From NCBI GenBank assembly GCA_965219345.1, contig OZ244732.1, forward strand, positions 1,312,001-1,376,000: DNA of 64,000 nucleotides, read 5' to 3'. The notes beneath the pieces are model-generated. The model saw only the letters and a program-made list of their open reading frames with translations, had not been told where the DNA came from and did no database searches. Both the position numbers and the translations under genes were made by a program. Positions within the stretch are counted from its first letter, which is position 1, and every line of letters starts with the position of its first letter. This DNA comes from Nitrosopumilus sp. Its GTDB lineage: Archaea > Thermoproteota > Nitrososphaeria > Nitrososphaerales > Nitrosopumilaceae. Below are positions 1-9,224 of the stretch, in pieces.

Positions 1-1265
1 GAACTAGTGCATTTGATGTTGATAGAGCAGAAAACCGTTCAAAGTTCAGTGCGGAGCTTGATAAACTACACATTCAACAACCACGTTGGCAAGCATTCTC
101 AAATCTCAATGAAGCCAAAAACTTTGCACAAGAAGTTGAGTTTCCAGTACTTGTAAGGCCCTCTTACGTTCTTTCCGGCGCTGCCATGAAAGTTGTTTGG
201 TCTCCAACAGAACTAAAGACATATGTCAAGGCTGCAGCTGATGTTTCCCCTGATCATCCAGTTGTAATTTCAAAATTCATGTTAAATTCACTTGAGGTAG
301 ATGTAGATGGAATATGTAATGGAAAACAAGTAGTCATTGGTGCAATTGTTGAACACATTGATAGTGCTGGTGTCCATTCTGGAGATGCTATGATGTGTAT
401 ACCACCATGGCGACTAAGTAACAAAATCATTGAGACCATAATTGAGTCTACAAAAAAGATTGCATTGACCTTTAATGTCAAAGGTCCGTTTAACCTACAA
501 TACTTGGTTCATGATGACCATGTCTATGTAATTGAGCTGAATATTCGAGCATCGCGTTCTATGCCATTTGTCTCAAAACTTGTTAAAATGAACCTGATTT
601 CTCTTGCATCCAAGGCTATTTTGGATAAGCCCTTGCCCAAAATATCTGAAAACAAGTGGCAAAAGATCCACAACTATGGAATCAAAGTTCCACAGTTCTC
701 CTTTATGCAACTACAAGGTGCAGATATTGCATTGGGAGTTGAGATGCAGTCCACTGGCGAAGCTGCTTGTTTTGGAAATAGTTTCCATGATGCATTATCA
801 AAGGGGTTGATATCTGTTGGTTACAATCTACCTGTTAAAGGAACTGCACTTGTAACTGTTGGTGGTGAGATAAACAAACAAAAACTAGTTTCAAGTATTG
901 CAAAACTCAAACACCTTGGGTTCAAAATTTTAGCAACTGAACATACTGCAGAATTCTTTGAAGAAAAAATTGGTCAAGTGGAAACAGTTCACAAAATTTC
1001 AGAACCTGAAAGAAAACCAAACATATCTGATCTTCTATATGGACGAAAGATTGATTTCATCATAAACATTCCAAGTACTTCTACATTGGAAAAATATGTT
1101 GGAATGTTAGATGATGAATATCAAATTAGGCGAAAATCATTGGAATTAGGAATCCCTGTTTTGACAACTATTGAATTAGCAGATTCCTTTGTAAAGACTT
1201 TGGAGTGGCTCAAAGACAATGAAACTACAAAGGAACCAATTGAACCCTATGATGAATTTGATTGA
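1..1265 (+). CDS. carB: Carbamoyl-phosphate synthase large subunit, C-terminal part (5' end outside the window)
   Basis: Open frame from base 3 (TSAFDVDRAENRSKF...); ATP-grasp motifs EHIDSAGVHSGDA, IELNIRASRSMPF, GVEMQSTGE; C-terminal MGS domain. Confidence 0.96.
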   Translation, partial: TSAFDVDRAENRSKFSAELDKLHIQQPRWQAFSNLNEAKNFAQEVEFPVLVRPSYVLSGAAMKVVWSPTELKTYVKAAADVSPDHPVVISKFMLNSLEVDVDGICNGKQVVIGAIVEHIDSAGVHSGDAMMCIPPWRLSNKIIETIIESTKKIALTFNVKGPFNLQYLVHDDHVYVIELNIRASRSMPFVSKLVKMNLISLASKAILDKPLPKISENKWQKIHNYGIKVPQFSFMQLQGADIALGVEMQSTGEAACFGNSFHDALSKGLISVGYNLPVKGTALVTVGGEINKQKLVSSIAKLKHLGFKILATEHTAEFFEEKIGQVETVHKISEPERKPNISDLLYGRKIDFIINIPSTSTLEKYVGMLDDEYQIRRKSLELGIPVLTTIELADSFVKTLEWLKDNETTKEPIEPYDEFD

Positions 1266-2018
1266 TTAAATTACCTGTTCAATTATTGACTCATTTCCAA
1301 TAATTGCTCCATCCAACGTGACTATTCTTGCCGTAGATACTGTTTTAATTTTATCAATAATGGGTGAAATTGATTTTTTGTATTTTTTTTTGTGTGTTGC
1401 ATACAAGTATTTGTTAAATGAAGGAATTATAGTTATTTCCAACTCTCCTGATTTGTTTGGGAAAATTTTTTCTTTTTCTGTCTTGATTGATACCCAAACC
1501 CTTTGCCCATTTATCACAGAGTCTTCTTGAAAAAATACTGGATGTACGTGCCCCATGATAATTTTATCAACATGAGAAAAATTTTCTGATGGCATTGTAT
1601 GACCATGTGTCAACAAAATATTTTCTTCAACCATGCCTGTTGAGCTGATCATCGAAATATTGTCTGGAACCAATTTCTGAATATTTGCATCATGATTTCC
1701 AGGAACTAGAATTACATCACATTTCTCTCTGATTTTCTCAAAAAACATTGGAACATCGTTCCACTCATTTCTTGAAATACTTTTAATGCTAGATTTGATA
1801 TCTCCTAACAAAATCACTGCATCAGGACTTTCTGTATCTATAATTTCTGATAGTTCTTGAATTGTTTCATTTATAGTAGAATTTTTACCTATGAAGATTT
1901 CATTAAACGCCAGACTATTTTCAAATCCTATGTGAATATCGGTTAGTATCAGATACTTTTTTTTACCTTCTAGAATTAATGCAGGTTTTGATGGGATTAT
2001 TCTAGTTTGTAACATCAA
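1266..2018 (-). CDS. Calcineurin-like metallophosphoesterase
   Basis: DIHIG, LLGD, GNHD, THGH, GHVHP motifs. Confidence 0.88.
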   Translation of the reverse strand: MMLQTRIIPSKPALILEGKKKYLILTDIHIGFENSLAFNEIFIGKNSTINETIQELSEIIDTESPDAVILLGDIKSSIKSISRNEWNDVPMFFEKIREKCDVILVPGNHDANIQKLVPDNISMISSTGMVEENILLTHGHTMPSENFSHVDKIIMGHVHPVFFQEDSVINGQRVWVSIKTEKEKIFPNKSGELEITIIPSFNKYLYATHKKKYKKSISPIIDKIKTVSTARIVTLDGAIIGNESIIEQVI

Positions 2019-2049
2019 AGTTATACTACAGATATGTGATTAAATCCTT

Positions 2050-2352
2050 GTGAACAAAGGCTTCGATAGAGTTGAATCAATAGTTTCTGAAAAACGTATT
2101 AAACTACACATTTTTGAGCCTAGTCAAAGAAAGATTTGGACAGTTGTAGGGAAAGGAGAAGAATACTGGATTGATCCTGAAAGTGGTTATTGCTCTTGTC
2201 CTGGATTCTACTTTGGAAAACTAAATGGAAAAACTACTTGCTATCACTTGGAATCTGTAGAGCTTGCTCAAAAAGAAAACAAAATTGAGAAAATTATTTT
2301 TTCCGATGATGAATTTTCTGATTTTCTTTCTGGACTACTTTCTGATTTGTGA
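2050..2352 (+). CDS. SWIM zinc-finger protein
   Basis: CSCxxF...CYH motif. Confidence 0.75.
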   Translation: MNKGFDRVESIVSEKRIKLHIFEPSQRKIWTVVGKGEEYWIDPESGYCSCPGFYFGKLNGKTTCYHLESVELAQKENKIEKIIFSDDEFSDFLSGLLSDL

Positions 2353-2391
2353 TTATCTTTTATTCGAACGTGTTAATAACTAGAAATTCTA

Positions 2392-2652
2392 TTGAAATTT
2401 ATGGATGACGATCAACAGAATTCTGAAATCGAGAAAATTGCAAACCTAATGATTCATGATGGCATTTCACCAGATGAACAAGATGTTACTAAATTAGAAA
2501 AATACAAAAATCAAATCAAAGAAGATTGCAATCTCGATGATGAAAAATCAATGAAGCTTGTTTATGAGACACTTCTTTACAGAAAATTAAAAAATTCCAA
2601 TTCTGGTGATATACTAGACAAAGGTAATGAGTTTGGTGCTGGTTTCAGCTAA
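2392..2652 (+). CDS. Hypothetical protein
   Basis: 86-aa ORF, host-like composition. Confidence 0.6.
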   Translation: MKFMDDDQQNSEIEKIANLMIHDGISPDEQDVTKLEKYKNQIKEDCNLDDEKSMKLVYETLLYRKLKNSNSGDILDKGNEFGAGFS

Positions 2653-2653
2653 A

Positions 2654-2950
2654 CTATAATGGTATGGTGTCTATATCGTCTTTTGAAACCCCTTTCCAAA
2701 GACCAATCATACCCTCAGGTTCTACTTTTTCAACTTTTGTAATTTGTTGAATTTTAATGTGGTCTGGATTTGGTGGCATCCATAACATTGCCATATAATC
2801 TCCGACGCTTCCAACTTCATTTGGTAAAGCCATGGTTACTTTGTCGTCTGCAAATCCTTTCGCAGTAAGTGCATTCATTGCTTTTTCTCTCAGATCCATT
2901 TTTCCATGAAGGAACAAATAGATATTTTTTTGAGTATCAATTTCTGCCAT
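2654..2950 (-). CDS. Hypothetical protein
   Basis: 98-aa ORF, host-like composition. Confidence 0.65.
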   Translation of the reverse strand: MAEIDTQKNIYLFLHGKMDLREKAMNALTAKGFADDKVTMALPNEVGSVGDYMAMLWMPPNPDHIKIQQITKVEKVEPEGMIGLWKGVSKDDIDTIPL

Positions 2951-3039
2951 GAATTCACTGATTTTTTAAACTAAATCAATCTTTCTTGATCTAATGTCTG
3001 CCAAAAAGGGTTAAATTAGAATGGACAAAATTTTTAACC

Positions 3040-3333
3040 ATGAAAATCTTCACTGTCGGCGATAAATCATTTGTAACTAGTTTTCAATTAGCTGGAGTTC
3101 CAGGCATCATTTCTGAAACACCTCAAAATGCTTTGGAGGAAATTAAGAAATTAACCGATGATTCTGATGTTGGACTGATCTTAGTCAGTGATGATATCAC
3201 AAAATCTATCGATGATGAACTAACTACACTTCGAGCTGAAAAATCCACTCTTGTTTTTGCATTACCTTCGATTGGAAGTGAAAAAACTGAAGCCGATTAC
3301 AGAGTAATGCTAAAAAAGATTCTTGGTGTATAA
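3040..3333 (+). CDS. atpF: A/V-type ATP synthase subunit F
   Basis: MKIFTVGDKSFVTSFQLAGV N-terminus and C-terminal KKILGV, typical of subunit F. Confidence 0.88.
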   Translation: MKIFTVGDKSFVTSFQLAGVPGIISETPQNALEEIKKLTDDSDVGLILVSDDITKSIDDELTTLRAEKSTLVFALPSIGSEKTEADYRVMLKKILGV

Positions 3334-3374
3334 TTCCTTTAATCTACTTATAATCAATATTCCAATATTTTACC

Positions 3375-4403
3375 ATGAAAGCAGCATCTGTTAAAGAGTC
3401 ATCCGTAATTTCTGTTGATGAAATTGAAAAACCAACGTTAGAGTCTGGCGATATTTTAGTACAGATGCATGCTTGTGGAATTTGTGGCTCTGACTTGGAA
3501 AAAGTTTATGGTCAATATGGGCAACCATCTATGCGTTTAGGTCATGAGCCAGCAGGTATAGTTTTAGATATTGGTTCTGATGTAATGGACTTCAAAAAAG
3601 GTGATAGAGTATTCACTCACCATCATGTTCCTTGTTATAATTGTCATTTGTGTAATCACGGCAATGAAACAATGTGTAAAAAATACTATGAAACTAATCT
3701 TTTACCTTGTGGTTTATCTGAGGAATATGTTGTACCTTCGTGGAATGTTTCTCACGGCGGTGTTCTGAAAATTTCTGATTCTATAAGTTTTGAAGAAGCT
3801 GCAATGATTGAACCACTAGCATGTTGTGTGAGGGCATGGACAAAATATCTCTATCAGGAAGGTGATTCTGCTGCAATTTTTGGTGTTGGCCCTACTGGAA
3901 TAATGCATGTGATGTTAGCTCAGACAAAGAAATTCTCAAAAATTTTCTGTTTTGATATTAATGACTTTAGATTAGATTTTGCAAAAAAATTCAATATAAC
4001 TAAATCAATTAATTCTATGGATGAAGGTAGAAAACAAAAGATTTTGGAACATACTGACGGAAGAGGAGTAGATGTAGCAATTGTTGCAACTAGTAGTATG
4101 AAAGCGCTTGAGGATGCCATTGATATGGTGAGAAAAGGTGGCACTGTTATGATGTTTGGCGTTCCTTCAAAAGATGCACGATTGGATTTGGATATGAGTA
4201 AAATCTATTCCAAAGAGATTACTACTATTACTAGTTATGCTGCCTCTGACAAAGACACCAAAGATGCACTTAATCTCATTGAATCTTCTCAAATCGATGT
4301 TAAACAACTAATCACGCATACATATCCAATCATTGATTCCCAAAAAGCATTTGATCATGCACGCAGTGGTGACAATGCTATGAAAATAATCATTACAAAA
4401 TAA
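3375..4403 (+). CDS. Zinc-dependent medium-chain alcohol/sugar-alcohol dehydrogenase
   Basis: CGICGSD, GHEPAG, CxxCxxC...C structural Zn site, GVGPTG. Confidence 0.9.
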   Translation: MKAASVKESSVISVDEIEKPTLESGDILVQMHACGICGSDLEKVYGQYGQPSMRLGHEPAGIVLDIGSDVMDFKKGDRVFTHHHVPCYNCHLCNHGNETMCKKYYETNLLPCGLSEEYVVPSWNVSHGGVLKISDSISFEEAAMIEPLACCVRAWTKYLYQEGDSAAIFGVGPTGIMHVMLAQTKKFSKIFCFDINDFRLDFAKKFNITKSINSMDEGRKQKILEHTDGRGVDVAIVATSSMKALEDAIDMVRKGGTVMMFGVPSKDARLDLDMSKIYSKEITTITSYAASDKDTKDALNLIESSQIDVKQLITHTYPIIDSQKAFDHARSGDNAMKIIITK

Positions 4404-4448
4404 GAAAGGCTTAAGAAGGTATTTTCATTCTTTCAAAATCGAAGAGAA

Positions 4449-5306
4449 ATGGATTGGGGATTAAAAAATAGAATATCACAAATCATTAAACCACATGATA
4501 ATCGTGCATTAATGTTAGCAGTTGATCATGGATACTTTCTTGGCCCAACTGAAAAATTAGAGAACCCAAAAAAGGTGATTGCGCCTCTTTTAAAATATTG
4601 TGACTCTTTGATGCTTACAAGGGGTGTTCAGAGAACATCCGTTCCTGCAACCACTGACACTCCAATGGTTTTGAGAGTTTCTGGCGGTTCAAGTATTATT
4701 GGTGAGGACTTATCTAAAGAAGAAATTACGGTTTCTATTCAAGATGCAATTAGACTTAATGCTAGCGCACTTGCAATGTCTATTTTTGTTGGCTCAAAAT
4801 ATGAACACCAAACCATTGTAAATCTAGGAAAATTAGTAAGTAAAACAGAGCAATATGGAATTCCTGTTTTGGCTGTTACTGCGGTTGGAAAAGAATTAGG
4901 TAAAGATGAAAGATATCTCTCATTGGCATGCAGAATTGCAGCAGAACAAGGAGCACATATTGTCAAAACATACTATTGTGAAAATTTTGAAAAAGTCGTC
5001 CAATCATGCCCTGTTCCAATTATTGTTGCAGGAGGAAAAAAAATTTCAGAACGCGATGCATTACAATTAACATATGATTCAATCAAAGGTGGTGCAGTTG
5101 GTGTTGACATGGGTAGAAATATCTGGCAATCAGAATGCCCTGTTGCTATGATTAGAGCAGTCAGATCAATAGTTCATGGAAATTCAACTGTTGATCAAGC
5201 ATATACACTCTACAAAAAACTAGTCAGCGACGACCCAAAAACGAAACAAAAATCAAAGAAACCTACTCAAAGCAAATCAAAGAAACCTACTCAAACTAAG
5301 AAATAG
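4449..5306 (+). CDS. lsrF: LsrF/DhnA-type class I aldolase/thiolase
   Basis: MDWGLKNR N-terminus, AVDHG, VKTYY, AGG, GRNIWQ. Confidence 0.8.
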   Translation: MDWGLKNRISQIIKPHDNRALMLAVDHGYFLGPTEKLENPKKVIAPLLKYCDSLMLTRGVQRTSVPATTDTPMVLRVSGGSSIIGEDLSKEEITVSIQDAIRLNASALAMSIFVGSKYEHQTIVNLGKLVSKTEQYGIPVLAVTAVGKELGKDERYLSLACRIAAEQGAHIVKTYYCENFEKVVQSCPVPIIVAGGKKISERDALQLTYDSIKGGAVGVDMGRNIWQSECPVAMIRAVRSIVHGNSTVDQAYTLYKKLVSDDPKTKQKSKKPTQSKSKKPTQTKK

Positions 5307-5310
5307 ACAA

Positions 5311-5721
5311 TTACTCTATCTTTGAGAGATGAATATGTGCAATTTTCCATGTTGGTTGTTTTACCAAAACAAATGTTGCCCTTCCGTTAATTTTCATGTG
5401 TTCACCAGTGAATGCTTTGTTATCTACTAGCATTCCTTTTTGAATTAACTCCATTGCTACAATTGCAGTATTCTCAAAAATACTAATTTTTGGATTTTTA
5501 ATTTCATAACTATAGTCTGAAATACTGATGAATCTTAATTCTTCTAATTCTATTGTAGTTTGATAATCTTTAAGATCATATGGTGGCAAATCACTAAAGC
5601 TTGAAAATTTAGGATCATTAAGATGAATGTCTTTCAGTTGTGTTAGATCTTTTGTTATCCCTGCTTGAAATAATGTTTCAATTACTTTGATGATTTCTTT
5701 ACTGTCTGGCAAAACAATCAT
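5311..5721 (-). CDS. NTF2/SnoaL-like fold protein
   Basis: C-terminal RATFVLVK..WKIAHIHLS pattern. Confidence 0.7.
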   Translation of the reverse strand: MIVLPDSKEIIKVIETLFQAGITKDLTQLKDIHLNDPKFSSFSDLPPYDLKDYQTTIELEELRFISISDYSYEIKNPKISIFENTAIVAMELIQKGMLVDNKAFTGEHMKINGRATFVLVKQPTWKIAHIHLSKIE

Positions 5722-5794
5722 TTCGAATATGAAAATAATCAGTTTAAGTCTTCTGGCACGAAAATGATTAAATCACGATTATTCTTCTGGGGTC

Positions 5795-5874
5795 TGTTAA
5801 ATCCTGGTGACCTGCCACGGGGTGTTAAATTGGTGACCTGCCGACGGGGATCAGTGTTAAGAGTCGGTGACCTG
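5795..5874 (+). repeat. Three iterated TGTTAA(N3-5)GGTGACCTG motifs at the element's left end
   Basis: Copies start at 5795, 5823 and 5855 in a GC-rich non-coding patch. Confidence 0.8.
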
Positions 5875-6120
5875 ACAGAATCGGCGGGCAATCACGGCTC
5901 CCGTGTAGGGGGCAGCCAGTATGGGCTGCGCGCCATCCGGCGATCCCGTCCAGAACAGGCCCGAATATTTAAAAAACCGGCCGGCTAACCTGCAACCGGA
6001 CTGAACCAGACGCATTGCCAACACACGACATCTGCGGGCGCAGACGCCCGTAACACATGGGAGTTACCTAATTCTTACTACGCCATACCCAGATATAGCT
6101 CTGTTTCAATTGATCTGATC

Positions 6121-6663
6121 ATGGTTAAGGAGGATAATAAAATCAAAGTATTTGCATCTGATGATAACCTAAAAAATTTAGGCGAATTGCTCAGTAATGA
6201 GACTAGCAGAAAAATTATCAAACATCTGATGGAAAATCAAATGTACACAAATGAGATTGCAACAAAACTAGACATTAAAGTTAGTAATGTAATTCATCAT
6301 CTCAAGAAGTTAGAAGATCTTGGATTACTAGAAATTGAAAACAAGAAAATCAAAAGAAAAGGAGAAAATCATAGATTTTTCAAAATGAGTTCTGATATTT
6401 TTATTACAATTAATAAAACAAAAGAAGAGGTTGACAAGAAAGGTATTCTCAAAAAAATTTTTAAAGAAGGAATAAAATTTACAGTGATTGGATTTAGTGC
6501 AATTACTTCTTGGCTAAGTGCGATTCCAAATAATGTTGAAGAAATTGAGCCATTCGGAGAGTGGGGTAATGCTACTGAAACTAGTGATAACTTGTTCTTA
6601 ATTCCAATAATAATTATTGGGTGCAGTTTGTTTTTGATTTGGTTTTCTAAAAAATATAAATAA
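6121..6663 (+). CDS. ArsR-like winged-helix regulator with C-terminal transmembrane segments
   Basis: LSNETSRKII...EIATKLDIKVSNVIHHLKKLEDLGLL HTH; two hydrophobic segments at the C-terminus. Confidence 0.8.
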   Translation: MVKEDNKIKVFASDDNLKNLGELLSNETSRKIIKHLMENQMYTNEIATKLDIKVSNVIHHLKKLEDLGLLEIENKKIKRKGENHRFFKMSSDIFITINKTKEEVDKKGILKKIFKEGIKFTVIGFSAITSWLSAIPNNVEEIEPFGEWGNATETSDNLFLIPIIIIGCSLFLIWFSKKYK

Positions 6664-6676
6664 AAAAAGAAAGGGG

Positions 6677-7816
6677 CTAGTATAAGGTTACCCCAACACC
6701 ATTTGTTGAATCAGCTATTAGTGACCAAGGAATTACTTTGATGTAATCAGTACTACCGATAGTATATGATCCTTCGATAATACCTACAATTTCACCATCA
6801 CTCAAGTCTATGACTGGTGCTCCACTATCACCTGGACCGCCACTACTAGTATCTTCTATCAGTATTCTGGTACCAATGCTGGAATGATAATAATCATTAT
6901 CATAAACATCTTCCCAGTACCAACCGCCGGTATTACCCGATATGTCTAGTTCTTCATTATCAGATGGTACTTGTGTATCATCTATAGTTCTAGAATAGCC
7001 GGATGTAAACCATACCTTTGATTCATTTGTTCTAGAATTGGAATCTTCGATAAATGCACAATCACAGTCATTATCATTGTGACTGTCACCTGATTCTACT
7101 GTTCCGATTTGCCAATTCCATAACCAGTGATCATAAGGTTGGTGTACATCATCATTGACACTATAGCAGTGGCCTGCTGTTAGATAGCCTGATGTACTTC
7201 CTTGTTCAACTGGAAGACCTAAAGTACAGTAATTAGTACCACTTCCACCTTCTCTAATGGCAAGTCCACCATGTAATGGATCACATTTACTTTCTTGTGA
7301 ATTACAACTCCATTCTTCTGAGCTAACTTCACCATATTCAATTACCACATTTAGATTCCCGTTAGGAATATACTGGTTAATGATCTCTTCATATCCTTTA
7401 TTCTCATTACCTGGTGCTAATAGAACGGTGAGTTTGTTCTTACCAACTACTGTAGTGACTAAAGGTATATCTTCAAGATTTCTAATATCTTGTTGAATTG
7501 ATCTGAGTTGCGGGTGATCGTCGTATTGATTTCTGTTCTCATCTTCGGTTTCACCTAGTTTGACATGTTCTTCCTCAATTAATTCATCTAAATCTCGTTT
7601 TTCAGATTCACTTTCTGTTAGTTTTTTCTGTTTTTCAAGTTTTAAGATTTTTTCCATATGAGGTTGTCGTTCTGGTGACATTTTGCTGATCTTCTGTTTC
7701 AATTCATCGGATAGCTCTATTGGCTCTACGGCATTTACCATACTATATGCTGGAATTAGTAACATTCCTGCAACAGCCATTACAGCTATCAATGAAATTT
7801 TCGTTTTTCTAATCAT
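6677..7816 (-). CDS. Secreted S1 (chymotrypsin/alpha-lytic-like) serine protease with pro-region
   Basis: Signal peptide (MIRKTKISLIAVMAVAGMLLIPAYS); catalytic-triad motifs CTLG...LTAGHC, DCAFI, GDSGAP. Confidence 0.85.
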   Translation of the reverse strand: MIRKTKISLIAVMAVAGMLLIPAYSMVNAVEPIELSDELKQKISKMSPERQPHMEKILKLEKQKKLTESESEKRDLDELIEEEHVKLGETEDENRNQYDDHPQLRSIQQDIRNLEDIPLVTTVVGKNKLTVLLAPGNENKGYEEIINQYIPNGNLNVVIEYGEVSSEEWSCNSQESKCDPLHGGLAIREGGSGTNYCTLGLPVEQGSTSGYLTAGHCYSVNDDVHQPYDHWLWNWQIGTVESGDSHNDNDCDCAFIEDSNSRTNESKVWFTSGYSRTIDDTQVPSDNEELDISGNTGGWYWEDVYDNDYYHSSIGTRILIEDTSSGGPGDSGAPVIDLSDGEIVGIIEGSYTIGSTDYIKVIPWSLIADSTNGVGVTLY

Positions 7817-7883
7817 TGAAACTACATAAATCGTGGATATAATAAACAAATCTTCAATTCAAATGATGATCAATTCAAATGAT

Positions 7884-9075
7884 TGTGGGATCCTGAAAGT
7901 AGTATACCCCCTATCTGACATCGTATTCCTCTCCCGTTTGTTCGTCAATAACTGTTTGTCCTGGGGATGGCATCTTTCTGGTGAATGCCCGCGCCGGTGT
8001 CTCTAGGTTGTCCAGATCAAGTGACATGTGTGGCCGGTCGTGGTTGAACCATTCCACAAACCGCTCCACGGGATCCGTCTTTGGTTTCGTGTTGAACGGT
8101 CCGCCCACACGGTCCGTCTCGGATCCTGCTGAACGCACCGTTCTGTAGGCCGACTCCTCCTCGAAGAGGTGCAGTTTGCGCTGGAGTTCACCGTGAACCC
8201 TCTCGAGCTTGCCGTTTGTCTGCGGGTGTCTTACACGCGCCAGGATCTGCCTGATGCCCAGCGACACCAGCTCCCGCTCAAATTCGGAGGCGCCTTTCTT
8301 CTTGTACTGCCCCTCGTTGGCGTAGAACTGGCTGCCGCGGTCAGTCAGAATGGACGCGGGTTTGCCGTGCGCCTCCATTGCTGCCCTGAGAACCTCGATT
8401 GCGTGCCTGGAGGTGGCCTGATCAAAGACGCCGTATCCGACAATAAACCTGGAGGCGTCATCCAGATAGGCGATAAACCACCTTCCGTCATCCAGCTGCT
8501 TGTAGTCTGTGTGCCACATCGAGTTGGAGTAGGTGCGCTCAAAGCGGATCCACTTGCGCCTCTTGCTCTTCTTGGGCTGCCTTGCCGACAGGTTGTTGTC
8601 CCTCATTATGCCGTGTATGGCATTGTGAGGGATATGTATTCCCTCTTCCTCCTCGATCAGTCGCTCCGTGCGGACGGCCCCCTGGCGGTGCCTGCAGTGT
8701 GCAGAGAGGACCGCAGAGTGTTCCCTGCGACCCGGAAGACCATTCTCGGGCCTGCCCATGCTAGCCGGGTAGACTATCCTGTCAGGTTCCACACCCTTGT
8801 ACCTGGCCCACAGTTTCTTTACCCAGATCTCGGAGATGCCCATGGTATCTGCAATCTGTCTGTTGGTCGTTTTGCCGGCCTTCTTCTGCAGGATTATCCA
8901 CTTTACCTTTGACTCGTCAAGTTTTCTCATGACCCTGATGCGGCGCCTTCCGATATGTCTCCACCTCTGTGTGCGCTTTAGGAACCCACGCACCATCATC
9001 TCAATTCTGCGTCTTGCTTCAGTCAGTATGCGTCCCTCCTATTTTGAGGGGGTATACTACTTTCTGGACTATACA
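7884..9075 (-). mobile_element. IS481-family insertion sequence, copy 1
   Basis: TGT...ACA ends with ~27-bp imperfect TIR (...GAAAGTAGTATACCCC); GC-rich; rve-type transposase. Confidence 0.93.
7911..8999 (-). CDS. IS481-family DDE transposase
   Basis: WHTDYK, LDDASR, LTDRGSQF, PQTNGKLER, RPHMSL motifs. Confidence 0.93.
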   Translation of the reverse strand: MMVRGFLKRTQRWRHIGRRRIRVMRKLDESKVKWIILQKKAGKTTNRQIADTMGISEIWVKKLWARYKGVEPDRIVYPASMGRPENGLPGRREHSAVLSAHCRHRQGAVRTERLIEEEEGIHIPHNAIHGIMRDNNLSARQPKKSKRRKWIRFERTYSNSMWHTDYKQLDDGRWFIAYLDDASRFIVGYGVFDQATSRHAIEVLRAAMEAHGKPASILTDRGSQFYANEGQYKKKGASEFERELVSLGIRQILARVRHPQTNGKLERVHGELQRKLHLFEEESAYRTVRSAGSETDRVGGPFNTKPKTDPVERFVEWFNHDRPHMSLDLDNLETPARAFTRKMPSPGQTVIDEQTGEEYDVR

Positions 9076-9224
9076 ACAGAGCCTTCTTCTGGTAATCTTT
9101 ATTAATTATCAATTAGATTTCTTTTTGATTTCAATGAGCAGAAAATTAACTGGATCACTTGGCAAAGATTTGCAAGTTGTTATTCTACTGTAAAGACTGC
9201 TCAAAATTTTAACACATTAAAATT

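Larger units (their letters stand above)
5790..9083. mobile_element. Cargo-carrying non-autonomous transposon delimited by GG(G/C)TCTGT inverted ends and an 8-bp TSD
   Basis: TTCTTCTG at 5782-5789 and 9084-9091; left end GGGTCTGT at 5790, right end ACAGAGCC at 9076-9083 (rc GGCTCTGT). Confidence 0.65.

Noticed and set aside
5249-5296. Tandem repeat AAATCAAAGAAACCTACTCAAA at the lsrF 3' end
   Set aside because: In-frame low-complexity tail (KSKKPTQ x2) with a 27-bp period and no foreign spacer; ordinary slippage
5764-5988. 74-aa ORF in the GC-rich patch
   Set aside because: Spans the transposon end and its repeated motifs; no protein-like features
8169-8912. 247-aa antisense ORF (also 48857-49600) and other overlapping ORFs inside IS elements
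   Set aside because: Shadow frames of GC-rich transposase genes
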